DNA of 64,000 bases, taken from a virus. This document shows positions 1 to 10,501 of the stretch, piece by piece; position 1 is the first letter of the stretch; each line of letters starts with the position of its first letter. The notes under the pieces are model-generated. The model ran no database searches. It was given only the letters and a program-made list of their open reading frames with translations, and was not told the origin of the DNA. The stretch is taken from positions 32,001 through 96,000 of IMG/VR virus record IMGVR_UViG_3300020473_002200; one strand, 5' to 3'. Both the position numbers and the translations under genes were made by a program.

Positions 1-2
1 CA

Positions 3-596
3 TTTACAGATATAACAATCTCTAGCACTGACGCCGCGGCAGTCGAATACGATCCTCACCTTATAGACGTATTCTTAAACGGTGTTTTATTATGCTCAGG
101 TTCAGCTACAGAGGTACAAAATTCGCAAGCAGACTATTGCTTAACAGGTACGGATCAATTAAAGTTTTCTTTTGCTGTTGAGGCTAATGATTTATTGGGT
201 GTCGTTGTGAATACAGCGTCTGGTGGTGGTGGTTTCGCCGGTGCGGCCGCTCCGTATATTACATTCGGCGCACACGACGTTCTAGAAAATGAAAGGGTTC
301 TCCGCGTATCTGATTTTATGTCACTAACCACAACGGACGCGGGCTTTATAGATTTAGACGTAAAAAGAAAGAAAATAATGATACCAATTACAGCTACACT
401 TTCTGCTGGTTCTCCACTAAGTTCTGGATTTGATTTTTCAAAAGCACTATATGATCCAGAAAGAATTGATGTATTCGTAAATGGGACTTTGCTTACCACG
501 GGTTCTGCGTATGATTATTCTCTGCAACCTACCAGCAACGTAATTTTTACGTTCGATCTTTTTATTGACGATAATGTCATAATAAGTGTGACTTAA
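3..596 (+). CDS. 5'-truncated virion structural protein with two tandem ~70 aa 'IDVF[LV]NG' modules
   Basis: Frame 3 is open from base 3 (FTDITISS...YDPHLIDVFLNGVLLCSGSA...DY...LKFSFAVEANDLL) into track ORF 195..596 (YDPERIDVFVNGTLLTTGSAYDY...FTFDLFIDDNVII). The track start at 195 is therefore internal. Confidence 0.75.
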   Translation, partial: FTDITISSTDAAAVEYDPHLIDVFLNGVLLCSGSATEVQNSQADYCLTGTDQLKFSFAVEANDLLGVVVNTASGGGGFAGAAAPYITFGAHDVLENERVLRVSDFMSLTTTDAGFIDLDVKRKKIMIPITATLSAGSPLSSGFDFSKALYDPERIDVFVNGTLLTTGSAYDYSLQPTSNVIFTFDLFIDDNVIISVT

Positions 597-625
597 TATT
601 TATAGATAGAACAAGGGGAAATGTT

Positions 626-847
626 TTGAGTGACGCTAGATACATCACATCCGATATAGCTATAGCAGCCTACCTTATGTTAAGAGGCTTAAGGTTGCTT
701 ACTGCATCTCGTGAAGTGAGTGGAAAGTTTAAGTTTGAGTTTGAAGATTCTAAAAAAGAGGCGCAGTCTTTAGCCGTTGAATATATTTCATCGGAATTTT
801 GTGTGTTTGATACGCATCTTAAGAATCTAAAAAAGTTGTTGTACTAG
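626..847 (+). CDS. Small conserved phage protein, DUF5659-like
   Basis: TSDIAIAAYLMLRG...KFKFEF pattern recalled as typical of DUF5659; AAGGGG RBS upstream of a TTG start. Confidence 0.55.
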   Translation: MSDARYITSDIAIAAYLMLRGLRLLTASREVSGKFKFEFEDSKKEAQSLAVEYISSEFCVFDTHLKNLKKLLY

Positions 848-924
848 TTGAATTGTTGAGTAGAGTTACATTCGTTGTACTAAGTTTCGTTTTTTTAAAA
901 AAAGTATGTTACTTTAAGTTCCTA

Positions 925-935
925 TGATATAATTA
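925..935 (+). promoter_or_regulatory. Extended -10 promoter (TG-n-TATAAT) overlapping an ATAATTA motif
   Basis: TG 925-926, TATAAT 928-933, ATAATTA 929-935, inside the 208 bp gap upstream of the 1056 gene. Confidence 0.5.
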
Positions 936-1055
936 TAGGCGTTCCTTTCTTTAGTTTTTATTTCAATCAAATTTCATTTTTTTACGTGTAGTTCTAATTA
1001 GGCAAATCGATTTGTCTGATTTATAGAAACAGCTATTATATAAGGAGAAAAATTA

Positions 1056-3842
1056 ATGGCTAGAACACAAATACAATTTACCGCAGTTTCGGGATCACTT
1101 CCCTCAGGCGGAGGCAGCGCGACGGCCGCGTCGGGGATGTCTGTAAGTGCACACGGTAGTCTAAAAGACACACTTGATCTTTTAGCAAGCAGTATCGCGC
1201 GTATTCACGGGTCTACAGACTGGTCAAACGTCGCCGAGGGCATTTTCAATGCTGCAACAAAACATGGTACACAGGCTGGTAGTGGTGTCGACGCACACTT
1301 CTATACTGCAGGTACAGCTGCTCATGTCGGTCTTCATTGGGATGCCGACGGTAATACAGAAGGTACGTTGATCGGTGGTGCTGATGACCACGGTGTCGAC
1401 TTTAAATTCTTCGGTGAGTCCTCTGGCAAGTACGTTCAGTGGGATATGTCTGGAGACGAACTAGTCCTCGCGTCTTCCGCTAAGTTGTCATTCCATGACG
1501 CTGCAGGCGACGAAAACATTGTTGCCTCAGCTGATGGTCACTTGGAAATTAATTCAGGTACCACTCTCGACATGACAGCTCCAACCGTCGATATTAATGC
1601 CTCAACAGCAGTAACACTCGATACACCAAGTGTTGTTGTTGCTAGTTCCACGACTGACAAGCCAGACTTTGTTATCAAGAACACTAATGATGATGCTACC
1701 GGCCCTGAGCTACAGCTTACTCTAGATACATCTTCTAGCGCAGCTGCTGACGATGTCGCAGGTACCATTAAATTCATTGCTGATGATGCAGGAAATAATC
1801 AAACTGAGTACGGTAGAATTCAGGTAACAGCAGCTGCAGTAACAGCTGGTTCTGAGTCAGGTAAGCTGGCTCTGGGTGTTGCTACAACAGGATCAGGCGC
1901 ATACGCTAATGTTATTGAGATTACTGGTGGGGCTACCGCTGCAGCCAGTACTACAGTCATTAAGGGCCATCTGCAGGTTGACGGTACAACTACAACTGTC
2001 AACTCAACAACAGTCACCATTGATGATCCAATCTTTACATTAGGTGGTGATACAGCACCTAGTTCATCTGACAGTAAAGACCGTGGTATTGAATTCCGTT
2101 ATTACGCAGATTCCGCTGCTAGAATTGGTTTTATGGGTTGGGATGATAGTGCAAGTGGTTTTACACTGCTTAGCGCTGCATCAAACAGCTCGGAAGTATT
2201 TTCTGGTACTGCTGCGGACTTGGTCATGGGCGGCTTGACAGCTACGACTATTGGTGCTACTGGCGCCTGTACTCTAGCCAGCTCCTCCGGTGTGACCACC
2301 ATTGGTTCTACCACTGGTGCCACTATTTCGGCAGCGGGCGTTTTAAATGTCAACAACGCAACTGATTCAACAGCAGCCACTAACGGTTCTTTACAGACTG
2401 ATGGTGGTTTAGGTGTTGTTAAAGACATTATTGCTGGTGCCGATGTTAAACTACTCTCAGATTCATCATCGCTCTCTTTGGGTGAAGATAGCGACGCTAC
2501 TTTTACTCATGACGGTACAACTGGGTTGACTATTGCTGCCACCCCCATTAGTGTTAACTCTACTGGTGACTTAACTTTGGATTCATCCACTGACATCGTT
2601 CTTGATGCTGCTGGTGCCGACATTATTTTGAAACATAACAGCACTGAATCAGCAAGGCTTACAATGGCTAGCACCACAAGCGTTGAATTGGCAGCTATAG
2701 GTGATATTATATTAGATCCAGCTGGCGGAAACGTACAGCCTGGTAGTGATGGTGCCGATACTCTAGGCTTGGAATCAGTATGGACGTCCAATTCAGAGGC
2801 CTCTATATCCGACTTTGGTTCGAATGCTAATACTTCTGTCTCGATTGATATGACATCATCTCGCCTGTTAGCCCTTCAGTGGGGATCGAGCATTAGCGCA
2901 GGTTCTGGTTCGTCTATTAGCAATCTGAGTAACAGTAATATTGGCAACGCTGACCAAATCGATGCTGACACTACGACCATCACCATCTCAGGCAGTCCAT
3001 CAAGCGTGTCGGTAGCTGCTGGTACTCTAATAGGTCTTTCAGATTCTTCAGGTACTATGTATTTTTACGTGACTGAGGCCTATAGTTCTGGTTCATCTTT
3101 ATATGTGGATTATGCTCACAATATTGCCTCGAATGCGTCATCATTGACGTCATGTAACAATCTCCAGTCGTTCTCTCCATCCTCGTCCAGCGCTTATGGT
3201 GGTGGTGGTATAACAGCTGATAAATACATACAAATTACCGTTAGCGGTACGGAATACCACTTCCAGGCTAAGAGTACAATTTCAACTAACGGTCTCTATC
3301 TGCTTGTTGATCCACTCCCAGGATCTAGTACCGGTGGAGCAACAACTTATACACACACCACTAGCCCAAGCTCTGTGAAGACAAATTCGTCTGCACCAGC
3401 TTCGAGAGTGGCCTGGGCCGGAATTGAGACTGACTCACTTCGGTTAAATGATGTAAGTGGCGCAAAGGGTATTGCTGTAACTCAAATCCTTGATGAAGAT
3501 GCGATGGGTTCTAATAGCGATACAGCTCTTGCGACCCAACAGTCAATTAAGGCCTACGTTGATTCGCAGGCTTTTACACCTGACTTGTGGATTCAGGTAG
3601 CAACAGATACGACCTCCGCGAACAATGCATTCACGATCAGTGGATCTGCGGTCTCTGGTTCAACAAGCGGCGCTTCATTTGGTACTAGTACTACACTGAA
3701 TGCACTACAGGTATTTGTCAATGGTCAGTTGCAATATATCGGTTCTGGTAAAGACGTTACAGTCACCGGTACAAAGGAACTAACGTTCACTTATGATATC
3801 GTTGCTGATGATGTTATTGCAGTCCACTACTACGGTGACTAA
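1056..3842 (+). CDS. Tail fibre / fibre-like structural protein, 928 aa
   Basis: S/T/G/A-rich; segments TTTTVNSTTVTIDDPIFTLGG...DRGIEF and ALATQQSIKAYVD typical of phage fibres; C-terminal VFVNG module; TAAGGAG RBS. Confidence 0.65.
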   Translation: MARTQIQFTAVSGSLPSGGGSATAASGMSVSAHGSLKDTLDLLASSIARIHGSTDWSNVAEGIFNAATKHGTQAGSGVDAHFYTAGTAAHVGLHWDADGNTEGTLIGGADDHGVDFKFFGESSGKYVQWDMSGDELVLASSAKLSFHDAAGDENIVASADGHLEINSGTTLDMTAPTVDINASTAVTLDTPSVVVASSTTDKPDFVIKNTNDDATGPELQLTLDTSSSAAADDVAGTIKFIADDAGNNQTEYGRIQVTAAAVTAGSESGKLALGVATTGSGAYANVIEITGGATAAASTTVIKGHLQVDGTTTTVNSTTVTIDDPIFTLGGDTAPSSSDSKDRGIEFRYYADSAARIGFMGWDDSASGFTLLSAASNSSEVFSGTAADLVMGGLTATTIGATGACTLASSSGVTTIGSTTGATISAAGVLNVNNATDSTAATNGSLQTDGGLGVVKDIIAGADVKLLSDSSSLSLGEDSDATFTHDGTTGLTIAATPISVNSTGDLTLDSSTDIVLDAAGADIILKHNSTESARLTMASTTSVELAAIGDIILDPAGGNVQPGSDGADTLGLESVWTSNSEASISDFGSNANTSVSIDMTSSRLLALQWGSSISAGSGSSISNLSNSNIGNADQIDADTTTITISGSPSSVSVAAGTLIGLSDSSGTMYFYVTEAYSSGSSLYVDYAHNIASNASSLTSCNNLQSFSPSSSSAYGGGGITADKYIQITVSGTEYHFQAKSTISTNGLYLLVDPLPGSSTGGATTYTHTTSPSSVKTNSSAPASRVAWAGIETDSLRLNDVSGAKGIAVTQILDEDAMGSNSDTALATQQSIKAYVDSQAFTPDLWIQVATDTTSANNAFTISGSAVSGSTSGASFGTSTTLNALQVFVNGQLQYIGSGKDVTVTGTKELTFTYDIVADDVIAVHYYGD

Positions 3843-3883
3843 TTTTTAATGATTTAATCTTTAACGATTAGTTGTTGACTTTT

Positions 3884-3917
3884 GAAGGGGAGACTTTGTC
3901 TCCCCTTCTTTTTTTTT
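3884..3917 (+). terminator. Rho-independent terminator
   Basis: GAAGGGGAGAC-TTT-GTCTCCCCTTC: perfect 11 bp stem followed by T9. Confidence 0.9.
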
Positions 3918-3972
3918 AACTCTGAACTGCTTTTTCTTAAAATTCAACAAAATGCTTATACGAGGAGGAAGT

Positions 3973-4485
3973 ATGACTCAAACGCTTTTAGATGAAAAAC
4001 TTCAACTAGAAATAGATAAGTTAAAAAAAATGCAACAATCTGATTTAAACAGCCAGAGGCTAATTGATGGTTTCACTGTTCATTTCAAGAAAAAACTTGA
4101 AGAGCTAAAAAATATTGATGATGGCCAGCTTTTATTACAAAGCGCAGTTGAACTATTGAATAGCGTCCCCGCGCTATTATTAGATTTTGCAGCCGAGGTA
4201 TCAAACACTAGAAGAGAGCAAGGCGCGCGCATTAACGCTATTCAAGACTGTCGTGATGTATTGGTCGAAGAAGCAGAAGCCCAAGCTAGAGAAGAAGCGC
4301 GTATTCAAGAGCTAGCTGATAAAATTAAGGATGGCGAAAATGTCAAATCTAGAAAAATAGGAGAGCATCCATCTAGATTAAAAGAGATTAGAAAGGCTCA
4401 AGATCTAGTGTCTGAAGAGCAGCAGATCGAAGAAGAAGCTGATGATGTCGAAGTTATAGAAGACGAAGAGCAAAAAGAAGAGTAG
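3973..4485 (+). CDS. Hypothetical coiled-coil protein with acidic C-terminus
   Basis: Track ORF 3952..4485; GAGGAGG RBS favours the ATG at 3973 (MTQTLL). Confidence 0.7.
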   Translation: MTQTLLDEKLQLEIDKLKKMQQSDLNSQRLIDGFTVHFKKKLEELKNIDDGQLLLQSAVELLNSVPALLLDFAAEVSNTRREQGARINAIQDCRDVLVEEAEAQAREEARIQELADKIKDGENVKSRKIGEHPSRLKEIRKAQDLVSEEQQIEEEADDVEVIEDEEQKEE

Positions 4486-4536
4486 TCCAGCTGCTTAATT
4501 TAACCCACAGAATCCCGAGAGTGTATATTTAACATC

Positions 4537-7500
4537 ATGGCTGGAATTCTTGATCCAAAATCTAGATTTTTCGATACCTTTTTAACGAAAGAAGGTCGAC
4601 GACAACTCGCTAATGGCGAAATACGCACTAGATTTGTGTCTTTCTCAGATAGCTTAACGGCGTACGATCAATCAGAGTTAGGTGTTATTGATCAAAAAGA
4701 TGGCTCAATTTTCTTTGAGGCTATGTCTAGACCTCAAGACCAAATAGTGACTGAAAACCCAAGCGTTGTCAATATGATGGAGCTGAGGAATCCTTCTGCT
4801 CAACCCGCATTTTTAGCGAAAGAAATCCACAACCCCAAAACAAACGTTACCCAAACAGCGATGACCAATGCTACAATGTTTGGCAAAGAGATCTTAGTTC
4901 CCCCCGACGGCCGTGAAATTCTGGTTGTAACCAGCTCTGGTATAGATAGAAAAACTATCGATTATGATCCAAGATCTTCATTTTACATTAGCGGTAGTCG
5001 TTCACAAGAGCTGTTTTATGATCCAAGTGTAACGGGATTTAAGGGGTGGTGGATATTCGATGAAACTGTAACACAACTAAACGAATTTACTGAGCCGGCT
5101 TTTTTGAACTTTGAAAGAAGTATAGTTTCTAGTCGCACAATAACACATACTAATGACGAGGCCGGTGGTCCTTTACGCGATAATACAACATCAATTACAT
5201 TTAGCGGGAATCTGGAATTCGCTGCAACGCAAGGTGATATAATTGGATTTAAGGATGATGGTACCGGGGAAAGGATAGCGTACACTGTACAGACAACAAT
5301 TTCTGCAGACAGCACAAACACTTTGAGCGTAAAGTTTTCCCCCGCGTTTTCCGTTAATTTACACCAGGTCGCAAAAAATGACAAAAACTCTAAGAGAGAT
5401 GCTCATCCTGAAATGTTTATGCTGGCCAGTGCTGTCGATAGTTTTCACTTCTTGGCTGCGAATGTTAGTCAAAATTTATCTTCAAGTAGTCCACTGTCTA
5501 CCAACGCGGCATATATGGTGTATAATTCAACATCTAATACCAACGTAATCGATTCTACTCCTGTTTTCGATGATAGACATTTATCTTCTATATCTGAGCT
5601 AGGGAAGGCTTATAAAACGAGAGAAGATAGCTTTATTCAGATTAACTTACGCGAAAAGCATTACGCAACAGGAAAAGATTCTGAAGGAAAAGACTTATAT
5701 GGCGCTGACTGGGGTGCCCCTCCCTTTATGGCTGATTCGTCTACAAACGAAAAAAATGCGTATATAAACCAGATCTCTGTATGGTTTTATATACAATCTG
5801 AAGGTTTCGACTCTGGGAACGAACAAACAATAATGCAGCTTTTTTATGATTCTACTAAAAAGGCAGTAGAGGTATTTGCTGCTAACCAGGTTCTAAAAGT
5901 AAGGGCATATACGAACCAAGACTCAAATATTCAAAAATATACAGAGTTAACTGTTAGTTCAACGGGCATTGAATCTGAAAAATGGCATAGGGTATCATTG
6001 GTATATGGAAAGCACGCTGGCCGTAGAATACGTGGAAACGACGGCCAGTATTATTACGACTATTATCTTCATGTAACGCTAGATGGTGATAGAAGAAAAT
6101 CTTTTAGAAAAATTGTAACAAAAAATTATCAACTTGGTAATATGACTGATTTAATTTTAGGCGCAAATTTGGAAAATTTATCTTCCAGACCTTCTGATAA
6201 TAGGCGCTTGAAAGGTTTTATTCAAGAGTGTCAATATTACATTAAAGAATCACCACGAAAGCCCAAGTGGATAGAGACTCGGGGCGCTGTTCCTGCTCTA
6301 TTAACAGGGTCAATAAACGATAAATATAATGATGAAATTAAGAATCTTGAGACTTCTGATATCTTTAATATGTCTGGGATGTTTCCAGAAAATGCAGAAA
6401 AACCAAGCAAGACAGAAGTTGACGGCCTAGTCAGGTATAGATCATCGCTGAAATCAGTGGGTGGCCAACATGTAACGCTAAGCGGTTCAAAAATTAGCGT
6501 CCGTGATTCTTTAAGGGAATGGGTGCATTATAATCCAATTAGGAATGAGTCTGCGCTATATTTCGCGGGTATGGGTTCAAAGACGTACGTAAAAGAGCAG
6601 CAACTTGAGAGAGGATTAAGTAGGACAACAGTTAAGCAAATCGTTGAGAGAGCCAAAATGACAATGTCTGGTAGCTTGATAGCTTATAGACAGCTTGGTT
6701 TATTGCAGCATGTAGATTTAGATGTACCGGTTTCAGGAAGCGCTCCATTAACCATCGTAAGATCACGCTTGGTTGAAAAGGAAACTGAGACTCCTGGTGA
6801 GGCCGAGTTCGTAAGAACAGTCGTTGCCGAATCAGACACTACAAAATTCAATACAAGGCTTAAAGTTTTTCCAACGATAGAACCCATATACGGTAAGGCT
6901 CCAAACAATTATTCTGTTTTTGAGCCCAAGAGTATTGAGACCGCGCTCGGCCCCGCGTCCGGACGCTTTCTAGAAAATGCTGGTACTGTTTTCGCTTTGG
7001 AAGAAATTATGGATAATGAGCTTGATAGTGACGAATTAACATTTTCAAGCTCAAGATTGCCAAATTACTTTTTGCTTCCACCTATCGCTGCTGATCACTT
7101 CAAGTTTGACCATGACGGAGAGCCAGATAGCCTTGTAGACTTTATGTCATGGAGAGAGTTTCTAAGAAGACGTCATATTCGGCATGAACAAGATTTCGAT
7201 GAGGCAAGAAAAGGTAAGATTAAAGAAAAGCAGGTTACTTTTTCTGCTGCTCGTGAGAGATATTATGAGCTAATGGAGTCTTGGTATAAGACTTTAATTC
7301 CAGAAGATACGCTTAGGGCCTTAGTCACTCGCTTTGGCACCAGTTTATGGTCCGACACAAACGAAGGCTTAATGAGGTACTTGACTCGTGATGCGAATGT
7401 ATCAGGGGGTGGTAAGCGTAATGCAATAGATTACCCTCTAGAACAATTTAACGAAGAAATTCTTTTTACGAAGACCAGTTTACTTAATAAGTCGTTTATA

Positions 7501-7806
7501 CAAATGTTTGAGGTTGCTAAGGAAGATGGAAAAGCTACGTTTACGAAGCTTATTATTAGAGATTTAGGCGTAATGAGGAAAGGTCCTCGGGGAAGTTTGT
7601 GGCGCTATGTTTGGGGTCGTGATCAACGTAAGTTTCGAGGTGTGGCCTCTGATCCATTATCTGATAACCCTGCAAACTGGACAGGATTAGAGCATGTATT
7701 CGCTTTTGGAAAAATAATAGACAAAAAGACGAACCCTAATGTTCCTGGAACAGAAATATATTTCTTTCCTTTATTCACTCTGGCTTTTGATATAGAGGTA
7801 AATTAA
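4537..7806 (+). CDS. Large baseplate-like virion protein with a LamG/concanavalin-like domain, 1089 aa
   Basis: N-terminus DTFLTKEGRRQLA...FVSFSD resembles the 21161 protein and tail-collar-fibre N-termini; ISVWFY...KWHRVSLVY...LILGAN...LKGFIQECQYY is a LamG-like pattern. Confidence 0.55.
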   Translation: MAGILDPKSRFFDTFLTKEGRRQLANGEIRTRFVSFSDSLTAYDQSELGVIDQKDGSIFFEAMSRPQDQIVTENPSVVNMMELRNPSAQPAFLAKEIHNPKTNVTQTAMTNATMFGKEILVPPDGREILVVTSSGIDRKTIDYDPRSSFYISGSRSQELFYDPSVTGFKGWWIFDETVTQLNEFTEPAFLNFERSIVSSRTITHTNDEAGGPLRDNTTSITFSGNLEFAATQGDIIGFKDDGTGERIAYTVQTTISADSTNTLSVKFSPAFSVNLHQVAKNDKNSKRDAHPEMFMLASAVDSFHFLAANVSQNLSSSSPLSTNAAYMVYNSTSNTNVIDSTPVFDDRHLSSISELGKAYKTREDSFIQINLREKHYATGKDSEGKDLYGADWGAPPFMADSSTNEKNAYINQISVWFYIQSEGFDSGNEQTIMQLFYDSTKKAVEVFAANQVLKVRAYTNQDSNIQKYTELTVSSTGIESEKWHRVSLVYGKHAGRRIRGNDGQYYYDYYLHVTLDGDRRKSFRKIVTKNYQLGNMTDLILGANLENLSSRPSDNRRLKGFIQECQYYIKESPRKPKWIETRGAVPALLTGSINDKYNDEIKNLETSDIFNMSGMFPENAEKPSKTEVDGLVRYRSSLKSVGGQHVTLSGSKISVRDSLREWVHYNPIRNESALYFAGMGSKTYVKEQQLERGLSRTTVKQIVERAKMTMSGSLIAYRQLGLLQHVDLDVPVSGSAPLTIVRSRLVEKETETPGEAEFVRTVVAESDTTKFNTRLKVFPTIEPIYGKAPNNYSVFEPKSIETALGPASGRFLENAGTVFALEEIMDNELDSDELTFSSSRLPNYFLLPPIAADHFKFDHDGEPDSLVDFMSWREFLRRRHIRHEQDFDEARKGKIKEKQVTFSAARERYYELMESWYKTLIPEDTLRALVTRFGTSLWSDTNEGLMRYLTRDANVSGGGKRNAIDYPLEQFNEEILFTKTSLLNKSFIQMFEVAKEDGKATFTKLIIRDLGVMRKGPRGSLWRYVWGRDQRKFRGVASDPLSDNPANWTGLEHVFAFGKIIDKKTNPNVPGTEIYFFPLFTLAFDIEVN

Positions 7807-7807
7807 A

Positions 7808-10501
7808 GTGACTTTACCCTTTTTTAAAAAAGTATACCAGCTCAAGAATAGAATAGCAAGAGATCTTCCTGATATTCCTCAGTTGGTCAATTCTGAAATG
7901 CTGGTTATAAAAAAAGATTTTTATCGTGTAATCACAAGGCAATTGAACCGAAAAACTAGTCAGATTGATACCGATATAAGACTTACAATGTATTATAACA
8001 TATTCGCGTTAGCATTCGGCTATGATACACTAGAAATATATTTTGAGGAAAAAGGGAAAAAGAAGCACGTTAAATACATAAATCTTTATGAAAAAATGTC
8101 TACTAGAGAGCAAGCAGTAATTGATTACATTTCAGGTATTCTGAAGTATATGCAAGAGTTAGATAACTTGATCGGTAATAAGAGAACGAAGTATAGAGAC
8201 AGTGCTGAAGAAAGATTATCATATACTGATTTATTCACTATTGATGATAAGATGACCAAGTTTACAGGATTAAAGGTTCAAACAATTCCAGAAAAGTTTC
8301 CTGAAATTAAAGTCGTCGATGAAATAGCTTATATGTATAATAATTCATATTTTGAAAATGCGAATAAAGCTGGTCTAGAATCTCCGCCTTTAAAGGTTCC
8401 ATTCACTAACGAATTTAGAGAAATTTCTCAAATCGTCAATAATAATACGTCTATTGACGCAAATGCTTTTAAAGAAAGCTGCCATCAATTAATAACTAGA
8501 GGAATAGACCCTCTCCAGGTCTTTATAAAGGCTAATTTTATAAAGGCCGCTGAAAGCCGAACTCCAATTAACGATATAACTTATGAGGAAAAATTAACGT
8601 TAGCTAATTTTTTTAATGTTTTAGGTTTAAGACCTCCCTCACTAATTCGTAATGACGGTACAACAAGATCTATTAATAGTGATATAAAGCTAGTTAATGG
8701 CTTGTCAAATTTAAAGAAAATAAGCACCGTTTTGTTTTTTGAAGGATTTGATCAAGAGACCCTTAAATCAATGCGGATAAGCTTAACCAAGAGGAACGTA
8801 GTAAAAAAAGATGTAATACAAATTATAGACCCTTCTAATGAGTTCTTGGCGCAAAACTCAATTTGTGATTTAGAAAGAACAGGTGATCTTGGGAGTTTTC
8901 CAGTAAATTTTTCTAGAAGCAAGATGAATCCGGATGATGAATCATCTCTTATAAAGGATATTGCAATAGAGAGAGATCAAAAGCTTGACGAAGAAATAGG
9001 CATTTTCACAGAAAATAGAATTGTTAGCAGAGATCTTCATTTAAACGGAGGCTTTGCTTGTACTGATTTAAAGAAATCGCAACAGTTAATATCGACAGTT
9101 GATATGGCGGTTATAGGTGATAGCCTGCTAAAAAGAGACGTAATTTTTAATTACAGGACAGGCGAGTTTTTGGTAAACTCCACAATCACACCAAACAAAA
9201 TATTAGGACACTATAATAAATCGAAAATTGAGCAACTGGTCGCTAATATTACGTTACACGCTGCAACAATACCCCGAGGTTCTGGAAATTATAGGGGATT
9301 CCCAAAAAACGTGATAAGAATTATAGGGAAATCTCCAGAGTTATTGATTTCGAGAATAGTCTGTGAGCCCTTCGGTTCTGGTACACCATTTTTGATCCCT
9401 GTATTCGATCGCGATATGAAAGAATTTCAACACATAGATCCTATTGGGGGTGTAAAGTACAAATATAGGATATATTTTGCGGGTTTGGATGGAACACTCA
9501 GCGTAAATAGCGTAGATATTGCACATAGAACATACCCTAGGGCTTTAAGCGATATTGAGCTTAAGCTAACACAAAAGACAAAAGATTTTATAAGAGTTGA
9601 TGTGCTAGAGGACTCTGCTCTAAATATCGCAAAAAATATAGAGGACTCTTTACAGAAAATATTCGCAGATTCGCCTTCAGCGGCTACATTTTATAATGAT
9701 TTTTTTAAAGAAAAGGTAAATGAAAATCTGCAAAATATTGGAAAGTTATTTCAATTATATGTTCAAGTTTATGATAAGACATCATCAAGTACTTCTACCA
9801 GTATTATGGAGCCCCTAAAGGATACATCTGGAATAGACTATTTTCGTATACCAACCTCGGGTAACGAAAGAAATAATATTATTACATATCATTTGATAAT
9901 TACGAACCCATTAGAATTAGTATCCTCAGGCTTTGAGTCCATCGAAGATCCAGCAACTAGGGAAAAATTCACAAGAAGAACAGCTGCTTTTTTTAATACA
10001 TTTACCCTAGCTCAAGGAACGATACCAGCTGAGGTTATAAATAAAAAAACTGGTGCTAAATTTTACACAAGTAATCCTAGAGTTGGTCCTTTAGACCCTT
10101 TTGGTAAGATAACATGCATTGGCGGTATGTTGGATTCAAATCTGGAACCCGAGCCTGTATATCATAATATTTGGGCTCTAACCAGTATATATAATCCGGA
10201 TGATGGTGAATGCACTGTAGAATGGAGATGTATACAAGCAGCGAATCACCCAAGCGTCCGAAATGTCCATATAGACTTTTTTGTAGTAACCGCAGAAATT
10301 AATGGTGTGGAGTTCCCTGTTAGCGCATGTCCTTTTGTGGGTTTTACATTTTATAAAATAAGGACTGATTCATTTCTAGGCGCAGCCTTTCAAGTTAAAT
10401 TTCGTGTATACTCTGTATATAATGATTTTCATATACAGGCAAATCGATCAGTGGCAACTACCAGCATAGTAGATATTAGAAAAACGACGCAGGAGTTATA
10501 A
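7808..10501 (+). CDS. Large hypothetical protein, probably virion; possible FN3-like beta modules
   Basis: 897 aa ORF, GTG start with GAGGT RBS; HIDPIGGVKYKYRIY and VEW...FFVV...FRVYSV segments. Confidence 0.6.
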   Translation: MTLPFFKKVYQLKNRIARDLPDIPQLVNSEMLVIKKDFYRVITRQLNRKTSQIDTDIRLTMYYNIFALAFGYDTLEIYFEEKGKKKHVKYINLYEKMSTREQAVIDYISGILKYMQELDNLIGNKRTKYRDSAEERLSYTDLFTIDDKMTKFTGLKVQTIPEKFPEIKVVDEIAYMYNNSYFENANKAGLESPPLKVPFTNEFREISQIVNNNTSIDANAFKESCHQLITRGIDPLQVFIKANFIKAAESRTPINDITYEEKLTLANFFNVLGLRPPSLIRNDGTTRSINSDIKLVNGLSNLKKISTVLFFEGFDQETLKSMRISLTKRNVVKKDVIQIIDPSNEFLAQNSICDLERTGDLGSFPVNFSRSKMNPDDESSLIKDIAIERDQKLDEEIGIFTENRIVSRDLHLNGGFACTDLKKSQQLISTVDMAVIGDSLLKRDVIFNYRTGEFLVNSTITPNKILGHYNKSKIEQLVANITLHAATIPRGSGNYRGFPKNVIRIIGKSPELLISRIVCEPFGSGTPFLIPVFDRDMKEFQHIDPIGGVKYKYRIYFAGLDGTLSVNSVDIAHRTYPRALSDIELKLTQKTKDFIRVDVLEDSALNIAKNIEDSLQKIFADSPSAATFYNDFFKEKVNENLQNIGKLFQLYVQVYDKTSSSTSTSIMEPLKDTSGIDYFRIPTSGNERNNIITYHLIITNPLELVSSGFESIEDPATREKFTRRTAAFFNTFTLAQGTIPAEVINKKTGAKFYTSNPRVGPLDPFGKITCIGGMLDSNLEPEPVYHNIWALTSIYNPDDGECTVEWRCIQAANHPSVRNVHIDFFVVTAEINGVEFPVSACPFVGFTFYKIRTDSFLGAAFQVKFRVYSVYNDFHIQANRSVATTSIVDIRKTTQEL

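Noticed and set aside
836-885. Short direct repeat GTTGTACTA(G/A) and a weak hairpin after the DUF5659-like gene
   Set aside because: Only two 9 bp copies and a bulged 6 bp stem in AT-rich DNA; within chance expectation.
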